Source of the DNA: Chara braunii
Lineage: Eukaryota > Plantae > Charophyceae
Assembly (NCBI GenBank): GCA_003427395.1
Contig: BFEA01000013.1
Span: forward strand, 6,434,088-6,487,566
Direction: 5' to 3'
DNA: 53,479 bases
This document shows positions 40,081 to 50,961 of this stretch, piece by piece (position 1 is the stretch's first letter; the number at the start of each line of letters is the position of its first letter). The notes beneath the pieces were generated by a model. It ran no database searches. It had not been told where the DNA came from and saw only the letters and a list, made by a program, of their open reading frames with translations. Made by a program: the position numbers and the translations under genes.

Positions 40081-40816
40081 CACAAAAGCCCGTTTAATAG
40101 CCAATGCTCCACCGCGCAAAAAATTCCACACTTGGACAAATCATGATGTCCACACACCTCCACCATCAGAAAATGAACAACACATATGCATAGACAAGAT
40201 CTATGATACCAAAGAGACCTGTGAGAGCAGCACTGAAGTTTTGGACACATAGNNNNNNNNNNNNNNNNNNNNNNNNNNNNNNNNNNNNNNNNNNNNNNNN
40301 NNNNNNNNNNNNNNNNNNNNNNNNNNNNNNNNNNNNNNNNNNNNNNNNNNNNNNNNNNNNNNNNNNNNNNNNNNNNNNNNNNNNNNNNNNNNNNNNNNNN
40401 NNNNNNNNNNNNNNNNNNNNNNNNNNNNNNNNNNNNNNNNNNNNNNNNNNNNNNNNNNNNNNNNNNNNNNNNNNNNNNNNNNNNNNNNNNNNNNNNNNNN
40501 NNNNNNNNNNNNNNNNNNNNNNNNNNNNNNNNNNNNNNNNNNNNNNNNNNNNNNNNNNNNNNNNNNNNNNNNNNNNNNNNNNNNNNNNNNNNNNNNNNNN
40601 NNNNNNNNNNNNNNNNNNNNNNNNNNNNNNNNNNNNNNNNNNNNNNNNNNNNNNNNNNNNNNNNNNNNNNNNNNNNNNNNNNNNNNNNNNNNNNNNNNNN
40701 NNNNNNNNNNNNNNNNNNNNNNNNNNNNNNNNNNNNNNNNNNNNNNNNGCGTGGGCGTGGGCGTGGGCGTGGGCGTATGTGTGCATGCGTACGTGCGGAC
40801 GTGTGTGTGTGTTTGT

Positions 40817-40865
<49 letters not shown>

Positions 40866-41838
40866 ACGCCCCGTAATCCAAGAAACACCCCCTCGTCGAA
40901 AAAACATCCCGTCGTGGATGAAACTGCCTGTTTTTTAATAAACGCCCCTTCTCTGACCAAACGTACCCTCATCATAATCCCTCTTCCTTAAAAAGCAGCA
41001 AGAAAAAAAGGAAAGAAACATAACACACTCGTCGCCTTGTCATGGCTGCAACAGAGCTAGAAGGTCGCCCTACATCCCAAAATTCCAAACATACTGACAC
41101 TGGCACTTTTCGTGGTGTATCTAGCGTTAATTTCGCCCAGTTGTGGATGTATCAAAGCCCTATTACATCCAGATAAGAGCTGAAAACGTCCAAGTGAAGT
41201 GAAGTGTTAGCCACCCATCTCTCTCTTAGCACGTATGCAGCCCCTTTCCTGGCCCCGTACAGTTATGATCAAGGCGAGTTGTGTAAACTGACACAAAAAC
41301 AAAATGGACATGCCACCAATAGTTGTCAGAAGTATCCTGAGAAGTAGCAGGTTTCGGGAACAAAACGCACACTCATTATTAAAGTATCAGACAGGAAAGT
41401 GTGCTTGTATACAGCCACACATAGGGACACGGGTAATTGCCTATGCACCAATCATAAGAACTCAACATGATTAGCAGAAAACAAAAAGTACTACAGAGGC
41501 AGAATCACTGGAATAACTACGAACGGGGACCTACCGAAGCACTTCCGCCAGTGCTAATGCGCTCGGACCAAGCGCTTCGTGGTCGGTAACGACGGAGTGT
41601 CTGGCTGCAGGAGATACCATCGAGATATTTGCGCGTCAGTTTCGACGATCCGTCACCTAGCTCTGTCCTAGGTCATGTCTTTAGTGTGAGGACATGGAGG
41701 TTCCCTCGGCTTGACACCCGGTGGTCCCCAGTAAGACTTGAAGTTCAAGTGTTTTTGGAGATTCATTAGGTCATGTATGCTGACCGTTTCTGTTTCGTTA
41801 ATTAAGCTCTCTAAAGATCCTCAGATTCCTAATTAGTT

Positions 41839-44115
41839 TTGTTGAAGATGGATACATCAATTATTATGGAAGGAGTTGTAGATGCTGGTGGTGATGGCGT
41901 TCAAATGGAAGTTCGAGACATTGGAGCAAGATCGCCCCCTCAAGCCTCTTTGGGGGGAGAAGAAGATAATTCAGGGCTTAGAGAGCTGGTCCAACTGTGT
42001 TATCTCGATGGGTTGATGCCTACGTACATCGACCCAGGTGAGATAACGATCGAGGGTCGTGAAGCACGCTTCAAAGTCAACGTGGATTTGGACCAAACCA
42101 AGATTATCTGGCTGAAGGAACACACTGTCTCGGTCATCTTCCGAGCTAGAGCAAGATTCCTCCCGAGGAATATTAAGGATGATATCGTATGGGCATATAA
42201 AGACAAAAAGGCCAATGACGACACCTTTGAGGCGTTCAATTTCAGCAGAGGCGGAGTTATAATTGAAAGTCCAAATGTTATCTCGTACGGGGCACGGTCC
42301 AACGAAATTGCGAGGTGGCTAATAGAGAAAGGACAAGACGAGGTTTGCATCGGCTCTACCCAATACATCTTTGAATTCAAGCCTTGACTCACGAAAACTC
42401 AATTACGAGCTCAACGCCAAAGAGAAGACGAACAACATTTTTGGGTGGTGGCGGTACAAGTTCCACTTGATGCTTTCTTTTTTTTAGAAGCACAAGTCAG
42501 CAAGGTGATCGGTCCGGTCCTGAGATCCTTCCCCCCGGAGCAAGATCGTATGCATCCCTCACTAGTCAATATCAAAGTTGAGATTGACTCGTCTGCGAGG
42601 GCACACATGAAGGATAAGATGTGGATCGATACCTCGGAGGGTGATTCTCTCGAAGTGAAGTTGGCCTCAGCTGAGACGCCGAGATGTCGAAGATGCCGCG
42701 CATTCTTTCATTATGAAGCGGAGTGCAAAAGAGGCAACCAACAAAACAATCAAGCCACCTCTGCTACAGGGAACAAAGAACCATAAGGCGGTAGCCATAG
42801 GGCGACCTCTGCGCAATATCAAGGACCTCTGGGTCCCCTTCCGTCCCTCTCCGGGGGGTATCAAGGCCCGTTGGGACCTCTTCCATCTTCCTCTGGAGTA
42901 AACGTTGATCATGCTTCAGCAGTCTCGCTACCTACGAGCATTCCCCTCGGAGCCTCGTTCCCTGAAACCTCGCTCCACAATAACCCGATGTTTTCACCGG
43001 GTTTGTCTACTTATCCGCCTGCTGGAGTCCCAGTGCATCCGTCGTCGCATTACAGCCACCCTCTGATGGGTCAATATTGGAATTTATCGATGGCCATGCC
43101 TTGGCACTCTTCGCAATTACCGTATGGAATCCCGCAATACACGGAAAGCATGCAGCCCTCTGCGTCTTCTTTCGGGCCGTTTGTCAGCCAACCTCCCCCA
43201 ATAGAGGGAGCGTCAGTAACTTATTGTGACAGGAGTCCGGTTGTCAGGGCGGCATCCTCTTCAGGATTGCAGCCGACGGCTCTCTTTCCAACGGTCTCTG
43301 AATCTCTCTTAGCCAGCATCCCAGGTGGTCGGCAGTTGGAGGTCAACTCCCCTAGGCCACGCAGCAGCTTGGCGGGTAAACAACGTCGTCTGGATCAACA
43401 AGGTAGCTTCGCATCAGATGGAGGTAATCTGGAGGGGGAACCCTTGGCCACTTCTTCTCATGAATCTGATACGAACACGTCGGTAATGGGTACTCCAGGT
43501 ACCAAAACGATTCGCAGACGGATTCTCGTCTCTCTGGCCAAAGGGCGACTTCAAGACATCGAGAATAAGATTATGTCATTCTTCTGCGTGGCTGTTCGGA
43601 ATGCCTTTTGGGCAATCGCTTCTGATAGCCCAGATGACTCTCCTGCGATGGTAAGTTTATTAGCCCCCGATAACCCAATGCCCTCCACTATCGCAATTTT
43701 GGTTCGTACAGCCATTAGAGACAAGTTTGTCTTTCGTCTGATTCCAGATATGACAATGATTATAATATTGACCGATAATCCGGACCAGCGTGGGAAGAAG
43801 ATTAAATTCTTCGTTCCTTTCATGGATGTGCGTTTCTTAGATAGGCAGTTGGAATTTCTTGAATCCCAAGGTCTGCGTTTGATTCCTCTAGCATGGTTCG
43901 TAGACTGGAAGAGGCAAGAATTGTGTCGAATCCATATCCCACCTTTGAAATCCGAGGAATGTCTGTTGGACTTAGAGTCCAAACTCCCGAAGGACAAGAA
44001 ATTAACGTCTAACTTTGTCAAATCGGCTTTGACCTCAGCTTGGCTAACTGAGACCCCGACAAACCCCCTGATCCAACATAATTGGGAGGGACAGCCTACC
44101 CATGTCCAGAATTAG
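41839..44115 (+). pseudogene. LINE ORF1-like protein with a CX2CX4HX4C zinc knuckle (interrupted by stops)
   Basis: Consecutive ORFs 41839-42387, 42445-42786 (CRRCRAFFHYEAEC) and 42871-44115, directly upstream of RT. Confidence 0.75.
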
Positions 44116-44215
44116 ATATCAGAGGAACAACGAAGAACTACAACCTCAAAAGAAAATTGAATATGTCGAAACTAGAATGTATGAGCATGAGGTTTCGAAC
44201 TAGGTCTGGGGTAAG

Positions 44216-46930
44216 GTGAGAGCCAGACTACTAACGGACTGGGGTAATATTCAGAAGAAGAAGGCATATATTTGGGCAGAGAGATTACAAACGAAGGGAA
44301 TTATGGTATATGACCGTATGACGAAAGAGTCTTTCCAACGTCTCTTACCTAGACGGTCCTCAATTCCTATGAGAGAACTGCTTCATCCATTCGATAATGG
44401 TGCACCCAAAGCGAAGGATTTTATCCAACTATGCAACTATGCCATGCAATATTATCAAAATGTATTAACCTCTCGCTTACAGGGCGCCAGTATCGAATCA
44501 GATTTGCACCTGGAAAACTCTCATTGGATGAATACCACAATCCGTCTATCCATTGTGGGTCGTTTGGACCTGGACAAACCAATTACGGTTGTTGAGGCGC
44601 TTGAAGCACTAAAATCCATGGCTATGGGCAAAGCACCTGGTGATGACGGCCTACCAGTAAAACTATATCTAACGATATGGGAAGAGGTGGGACCAACCTT
44701 AGTGGATATTTATAATGAAATCTTGACAGGAGCCTCCTTGTCAGAGAGCATGCGGAGAGGGATTATCTCAGTCCTCTTTAAAAAGGGGGATCGTGCTGAA
44801 ATTTGTGATTGGAGACCCATTTCTGTTTTGAATGTATCGTATAAAATCCTGTCCAAAGTATTGGCGAGAAGGCTGAGTCGATACCTTCCAGACCTGGTTA
44901 ACCCAGACCAAGCGGCATTTATCAAGGGCCGCTCCATCTTCACGAACATTGTAACAGCAGTGGAAACACTAGAAATCATCAATAATGAGGATTTGAACTA
45001 TGTCGTCCTACTGCTGGTTTTGGAAAAAACTTATGACCGGGTTAATTGGTCCTATGTACTTACCACTCTTAATGTTATGGGTTTCGGCCAGTCTTTTTCA
45101 ACCTGGGTCATCGCTATGTACTCTATGTCTACGGCAGCAGTAATGGTCAATGGTCGTATCTCTGAGGATTACTCTCTGACTCGATCTCTGAGAAAGGGTT
45201 GTCCCCTGACCCCCCAGCTCTTCGCCACCCAGATGGACGTTTTGTTGAATAACATTAGATCTAATCCTCAGATTGTTGCCTATTTCCTTCACGATGTCTG
45301 TTCAATGGGGTATGCGCCGAATTGAGCCCAATCAACCTGAAAGGTTTTTGGGTGTCTAGATCTAGCTGCTGGTCTGTGATGCCCACCAAGATGATTTGCT
45401 GTTGCAGAAAATGATACAGAGATTGGGTTCGTGGGGTAAGGCCCCTCACCTATCTCTCTTTGGTAAAGGCATGGTGATTAATGGGGCACTATTTGCTTTG
45501 CTATGGTATGTTGGCACGGTAAGAGCCCTTGGGAAACAACTCTGCTCTATGACTAGGAGGAGAGCAACGAAATTTCTGTAGAAACCCTTCGGAGAGGAAA
45601 ATGTTGCCTTCCTCTCCAAAGTGGCATGGGAAATGCTTTGTGCTCCACGAGAGCAAGGGGGCCTGGGTATGCTGAATCCTAAAAAACAGAATGACACCAT
45701 GTTGGTTAAATGGTTTTTTAGAGCAGCCCTGGGCCTCCCTGACTCGCATTGGATTGTAATGGCCGAATACATCCTGGCAAACTAGTGGAATCTGAGTTGT
45801 CCTACTGACGTCTGGTTGTGCCTGTTCATTGCCTCATTCCAACGCCGATATATCAGATCTCCCTTTTGGAATGTCATTATTCAGGTATGGAAAGTCTTAA
45901 AACCGGATGTGTGGGTCGAACCGATTACGAAAGAGGAGGTTCTTTGCCAAATTCTATTTGAAAACCCTCACATCCGTAACACGTCAGGAGATTGGATTAG
46001 AGCAGACACTTCCTCAGATAGTTTTGGTCGAAGCTGGATTGAGAAGGGAGTTTTAAAAATATTTGATCTCTGGGACAATATGTATAGAAACTGGATTTCG
46101 GACAACAAACTACGAGAGAAACTGGGCCCAATCAAAAACATTGGCCAGAAAAATAACTTGCTCATCGAGTCGATCCCTCAGGCCTGGAAAGAATTGTTGT
46201 TCTCCACCAAACCAGCTCCACCAGGCACTTTGTTCAAAGATGATCTGCATGAGGGTCAAGTCTGGAAGCTGTTGGATGTACAGATAAATGGGGAAAGAAC
46301 GTTTCAAGACTGGTATGTGGAGGGTCCTCAATTACAGCAGGCGGAATTAAACTCTCAGCCACAAATAGACTGTAGCCTGTAGGCTCTCGCAAGTAAGAGT
46401 ATCCGAGATCTTAAATGTTGATGGTACATGAACATGTACACTGCTTGTTGATGGAATGTCCATACAAGAGTTAAGTTAGACCCCAAAATGTGGGAATGGA
46501 GAGCAAAAGGTCGCAATGGACAGAACCTTTGTCTCCTGGATTACACTCAGAAAGTAGGATACAAACTGTGTCTACCATCTAAAGATCCGCTGGTATTAGC
46601 AGTAATAAGATGGAGAGTTGTCCTGCAGATCGATGAACAATACTTGGCCAAATGCATTAAGAAATGTTGGTCCCACCTGAAGCTTATTCCAAGTCAAAGA
46701 TGGGCCGCTTTATTGTGGCTACTTTCGCTACTGGCTACCCCATCAGCTGTGTGGATGGCACAACACGGAATGAAGGTAGATCTGACCTGCGCTCGCTGCA
46801 AATGGACCTTTCAATCTACAATCCATCTATGGTGGGACTGTCCTGCGGCGGCCCGGATTTGGCGGTGGTGGATCAAGAAATGGGATCAGATCTCAGATAA
46901 GGCCTTTTTGTGGGACAAAATATGAACTCT
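44216..46930 (+). pseudogene. LINE ORF2 reverse transcriptase + zf-RVT; APE endonuclease and YADD region not found
   Basis: KAPGDDGLP, WRPISVLNVSYKILSKVLARRL, QAAFIKGRSI, LEKTYDRVNW, LRKGCPLTP, KVAWEMLCAPREQGGLG, CARC....STIHLWWDCP...IW. Confidence 0.93.
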
Positions 46931-46935
46931 ATTGG

Positions 46936-47286
46936 TGCAGCGGGCCTTCATCTGCCCTGGCCTACAGCCAGAGCCTATTTGGCTATTTACCCAGTTCGGC
47001 CTGTGGGCCCAGGCCGTGGCCTGACCCCACAGGCCGTATGCTGTTCTAGTCCTGCCCGGTACCACTGTCGGTACCAGTCCAGTCCAGTCCAGTCAGTCAG
47101 TCCGTTGGGGGTATACCCCAGCAGTTGTCTGTTTTTTGGCATTCTTCACTTTTGCAGATCTTGGAGACCGTGCGTGTGGAGTCTGCATCGGAGCTGCACT
47201 GTCCCTTCCAGCTCCATCTCTACCTCCTCCTTCGTCCGCCCTTCTTCTCCATCCTGTCGGACCGCCATCCCGGCGGGTCCGGCACA
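46936..47286 (+). repeat. 5' LTR (351 bp)
   Basis: tgcagcgggcc..ccggcaca; about 20 differences from the 3' LTR by manual count. Confidence 0.95.
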
Positions 47287-47287
47287 C

Positions 47288-47299
47288 TGGTATCAGAGC
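47288..47299 (+). promoter_or_regulatory. Primer-binding site, tRNA-iMet
   Basis: TGGTATCAGAGC, 1 nt after the 5' LTR. Confidence 0.95.
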
Positions 47300-47565
47300 G
47301 GGAACGGTCCCCCCTCCAACCCGCCCTTCCCCCCGCATGCAACAGCGGGTGCGGGATCGGTGTAATCCCGACAGCGGGATTTTTAGGTGTTTTTTCGGTG
47401 CGGCAGCAGAGAAAAAAGGAGAAAAAAGCAGCAGCGGGAAGAGACTGACATGTGGCGAAAAAGGAGAGCGCCACCACGCGTGACACGTGGCGAAAAAGGA
47501 GGCCGCCGCACGCTGCCCCACCCCGCCCCGCTCCCGGATATATATTATCAAGATATCTGGGATGC

Positions 47566-47647
47566 TGCTGCTGCCAGGGTTTGAACCTGGGCAGGCAGCA
47601 CTCATGTGCGTGTGTAGCCAGTGTTATAACACACTGGCCAAACTGTA
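47566..47647 (-). promoter_or_regulatory. tRNA-like segment / candidate Pol III A+B box
   Basis: Minus strand ACAGTTTGGCCAGTG (A-box-like) ... CCAGG-TTCAAAC-CCTGG (5-bp T-stem, 7-nt loop, B box). No valid acceptor or anticodon stem. Confidence 0.45.
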
Positions 47648-47783
47648 TGCATGGTTGTATGGTGCGGAATGTTCGTGTTGAACAGTTGCACACCTGCTAT
47701 TTACCCCCCTCCCCGTCGACGAGCAGCGAATTAAAGGCCGTCAAGCCGACGCTGGTAGATGGTGACGCTGGTGGCGGTCGCGC

Positions 47784-47815
<32 letters not shown>

Positions 47816-47982
47816 CGTGGCTGCTGGTGCCTGCAGAAGTGACAATCTGCACTGGCACGTGGACACATGTTGAAGACCCCCCTGGCTAGGGGGCTGCGCC
47901 ACAGACATATATATCGTCAAATAGAACTGCCCGGTAAACCGTAGGCAGAGAGGGAGAAGAGGACAACAAACGAGGGGCTGTG

Positions 47983-48042
47983 ACAAACTGTTTCGTCGGA
48001 GTTTCACCGACTCATCAGGAGGCTGAACCCTCAACAGTCTGT
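47983..48042 (-). ncRNA. Type III hammerhead ribozyme
   Basis: ACAGACUGU U^ GAGG-GUUCAG-CCUC CUGAUGA GUCGG-UGAAACU-CCGAC GAA ACAGUUUGU: intact core, 9-bp stem III, 4-bp stem I, 5-bp stem II, complementary loops. Confidence 0.92.
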
Positions 48043-48134
48043 AGAATCCCCTCACTGATTACACTGTAAGTGATAATCCACCTTAACCAAAATCAAAGTA
48101 GACTATCACTCACCCACACCAGATGGAAAACTCT

Positions 48135-48206
48135 ACAGACTGTCGGTTCACACCCCATCACAAGCCAGCAAAACACCCACGAAACAAAGAAAGGTCTGTC
48201 ACAGCC
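48135..48206 (+). ncRNA. Degenerate opposite-strand hammerhead copy
   Basis: ACAGACUGUC GG-UUCACA-CC ... CAC GAAACA..GUCUGUCACAGCC; the CUGAUGA core is lost. Confidence 0.55.
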
Positions 48207-48241
48207 AAAAAATACACTCCAGACACGCCGCTGGCACTAGA

Positions 48242-48325
<84 letters not shown>

Positions 48326-48326
<1 letters not shown>

Positions 48327-48380
48327 CGACGAAACAGTTTGTCACACCCCCTCGTTTTTTTTGTTTTTCTCTCTCTCTCT
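48326..48380 (+). ncRNA. 3' half of a third hammerhead copy, abutting (TA)n
   Basis: ccgacgaaacagtttgtcaca.cccctcgttt is the near-exact reverse complement of 47968-47999. Confidence 0.75.
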
Positions 48381-48385
48381 ATATG

Positions 48386-48458
<73 letters not shown>

Positions 48459-49086
48459 CTAGTGCTCACTGTTGCCGCAACAATGTGGCAACTGCTCAAG
48501 ACTCCCCCTCTAGCAAGGGGGCTGTGTGACTGTGGCACTGGGGTGGTTGATCAAGATCTCAGCCAGCCCTAGATCATCATCATCTTTTTTTGTTTTGCTG
48601 TGGCATCAGGCCACCAGCACTTTAAAGGCCAAGATTCTGTGGATCTTGGTAGAACCCTGGTATCACCCTCCTTCCATTAACCTACCACCCCCCAACCCCT
48701 TTCTCTCTTCCCCCATCATCTAATCACCGTTTCTCCCCCCTACCATTACTCTTTACTCCTCCCTCTCTCTCCACCCATCTTCCACAACCTTTTTCTCTCC
48801 TCTCCTCCCCACTCACCATTTCTCACTAATCTCATCTACTCCTCTCCACCTTTTTCATATCTTTCTCACCCTCTTCTCCTCCTTCCCTCCCCCAACTACT
48901 ATCCCATCATCTTCCCCATCCCCCACCTTACCTTTTTCTTTCTCTTCTCACTTCTTTCTCTCTTTCTTCATCACTTTTTCATCCCCCCCCACACCCAACT
49001 CCGAATTTTTCTGTTTTTTTTTTTTTCTTTCTTTTCTCTTTCTCTTTGATGTAAAATTTTTCTTTCCCTCCAAAAATCTGAATCAT

Positions 49087-49494
49087 CTTAGACCGTCTGA
49101 GCGCTTCGCCGGACGCCCTTATGAGCGCCCTCCACCTATCATGGTGGACGGTCAGGAGGAGTTCGTTGTTTCCGACATCGTATCACGCCGAGTTATCAAC
49201 GATACCCCTCCACGCATCGAGTACCTTGTGCGTTGGAAGGGCTACCCTGATGAGGAGGCTACTTGGGAGCCCCTCGAGCACTTGCAGCACGCCAGGATGT
49301 TGGTGCGTGCATATGATCGTGCTCGTCGTGCTGAGACATCCGCTTCTACTCAGCCGACTGACCCTCTTCCTCCTTCGGCTGAGGAGATTGCTGAGGACGA
49401 GCCCGCTCCCTCTGAGGCCGTTCATGGGCCGCAGACGGTCGCCTTCGAGCGTCCACAGCGCACTCATCGTCGCCTTTCGAGTTACGATGACTGA
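49087..49494 (+). pseudogene. Chromovirus integrase C-terminus / chromodomain remnant
   Basis: RPPPIMVDGQEEFVVSDIVSRR..IEYLVRWKGYPDEEATWEPLEHLQHARMLVRAY. Confidence 0.92.
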
Positions 49495-50436
49495 CACTCT
49501 TATCCTTTATCTTTCCCCACTGACTCACACCATCAGGTACTCCATCATCATCTCTTCTTCAGGATGTCGGCGTTTTGCGGCTCTGCTTCGACATCGACTC
49601 CACTGCTACTTCATCGACGTCATCGACCACTTCGATGACTTCAGCTACTTTGGACGTGACTACTTCACGTCACCACCCTACCCTGCATACTCCCTTGCCT
49701 CTGTCGCATGATGGTTCTCACTTAGCTGGGTCTCTTTGAGTTTGGCTCTCCCTTGGTTTCACATAGGCATTGGGACCGTACCATTATTTTGGCTTCCTTG
49801 CTCCCAGATCTAGCTCCGTCTCCCAGTCGGTGAGTTGTGTGCATATTTCCCTCACCCACTGCCCTCATCACCCTAGCGCCGGCTATTGCATGCCTCCAGT
49901 TCGGCATAGCTCCACCCTATTTCAGGCTCTCCTTTTCATGGTCAACCCTGCATGGTGTCACCCTTTTGTCGAGCATTACCCGTCTTGATGGTCTATCTGT
50001 TAGGGTCATTGGTTTTGTTTCGCTACCACTCTCCCACCTTGAGCCTGATGACCTATCCCACCTTCATGTGTGACTGTCCTTAGGAGTTTCGATTCTTAGG
50101 TTGCATTCACCCCCTCTGAGACCATCCCACTCTTAGTGGTTCAGCGACATGACATTATCTTGTGACATATTGCTCTTTTCCTTTCAGCACTGAGGCCACT
50201 GCCTCCAGGACTTTAGGATTGTATCATACTACATTTCACTTTCTGCTGTTAGCTAGGATATGGATACCAGACAGTTGCTTTCTTTTGACATTATATGGCT
50301 CAGGATGCATCGCATGGACTCGGCATGGAGCTTGCTCCGCATCCTAGATTTCTCAGCTTTCTTTATTGCAGAGTTCCGCTGCTTTTGCGGATAGTGTGTT
50401 TATGGCTTTTGCGGTCCATTACAGGTCTGAGGATCG

Positions 50437-50786
50437 TGCAGCGGGCCTTCATTTGCCCTGGCCTACAGCCAGGGCCTATTTGGCTATTTACCCAGTTCGG
50501 CCTGTGGGACCAGGCCGTGGCCTGACCCCACAGGCCGTGTGCTGTTCTAGTCCTGCCCGGTACCACTGTCAGTACCAGGCCAGGCCAGTCCAGTCAGTCA
50601 GTCCGCTGGGGGTATACCCCAGCAGTTGTCTGTTTTTGGCATTCTTCACTTTTGCAGAACTTGGAGTACATGCGTGTGGAGTCTGCGTCGGAGCTGCGCT
50701 GTCCCTTCCAGCTCCATCACTAACTCCTCCTTCGTCCACCCTTCTTCTCCATTCTGTCGGACCGCCATCCTGGCGGGTCCGGCACA
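50437..50786 (+). repeat. 3' LTR (350 bp)
   Basis: Direct repeat of 46936-47286; no clear polypurine tract upstream (ggtctgaggatcg). Confidence 0.95.
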
Positions 50787-50794
50787 ATTGGGGG

Positions 50795-50961
50795 GCATTC
50801 CATATAATTTTTCATGTGAAAAAGGGTGGGGGTACATAGCTCAGGCAACAAGAGCAGTTCTCTGCAACGCTATCTGGCATTCCATATAATTTTTCATGTG
50901 AAGAAGGCTGGGGGTACATAGCTCAGGCAACAAGAGCAGTTCTCTGCAATGCTATCTGGCA
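50795..50961 (+). repeat. 82-bp tandem duplication in the resumed LINE ORF2 C-terminus
   Basis: gcattccatataatttttcatgtgaa..gctatctggca at 50795 and 50877; encodes GWGYIAQATRAVLCNAIW. Confidence 0.92.

Larger units (their letters stand above)
46936..50786 (+). mobile_element. Non-autonomous Ty3/gypsy chromovirus-derived LTR retrotransposon (3851 bp)
   Basis: 5-bp TSD ATTGG (46931-46935 / 50787-50791), TG..CA LTRs, tRNA-iMet PBS and an integrase chromodomain remnant; no gag/PR/RT/RH recognised. Confidence 0.95.
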
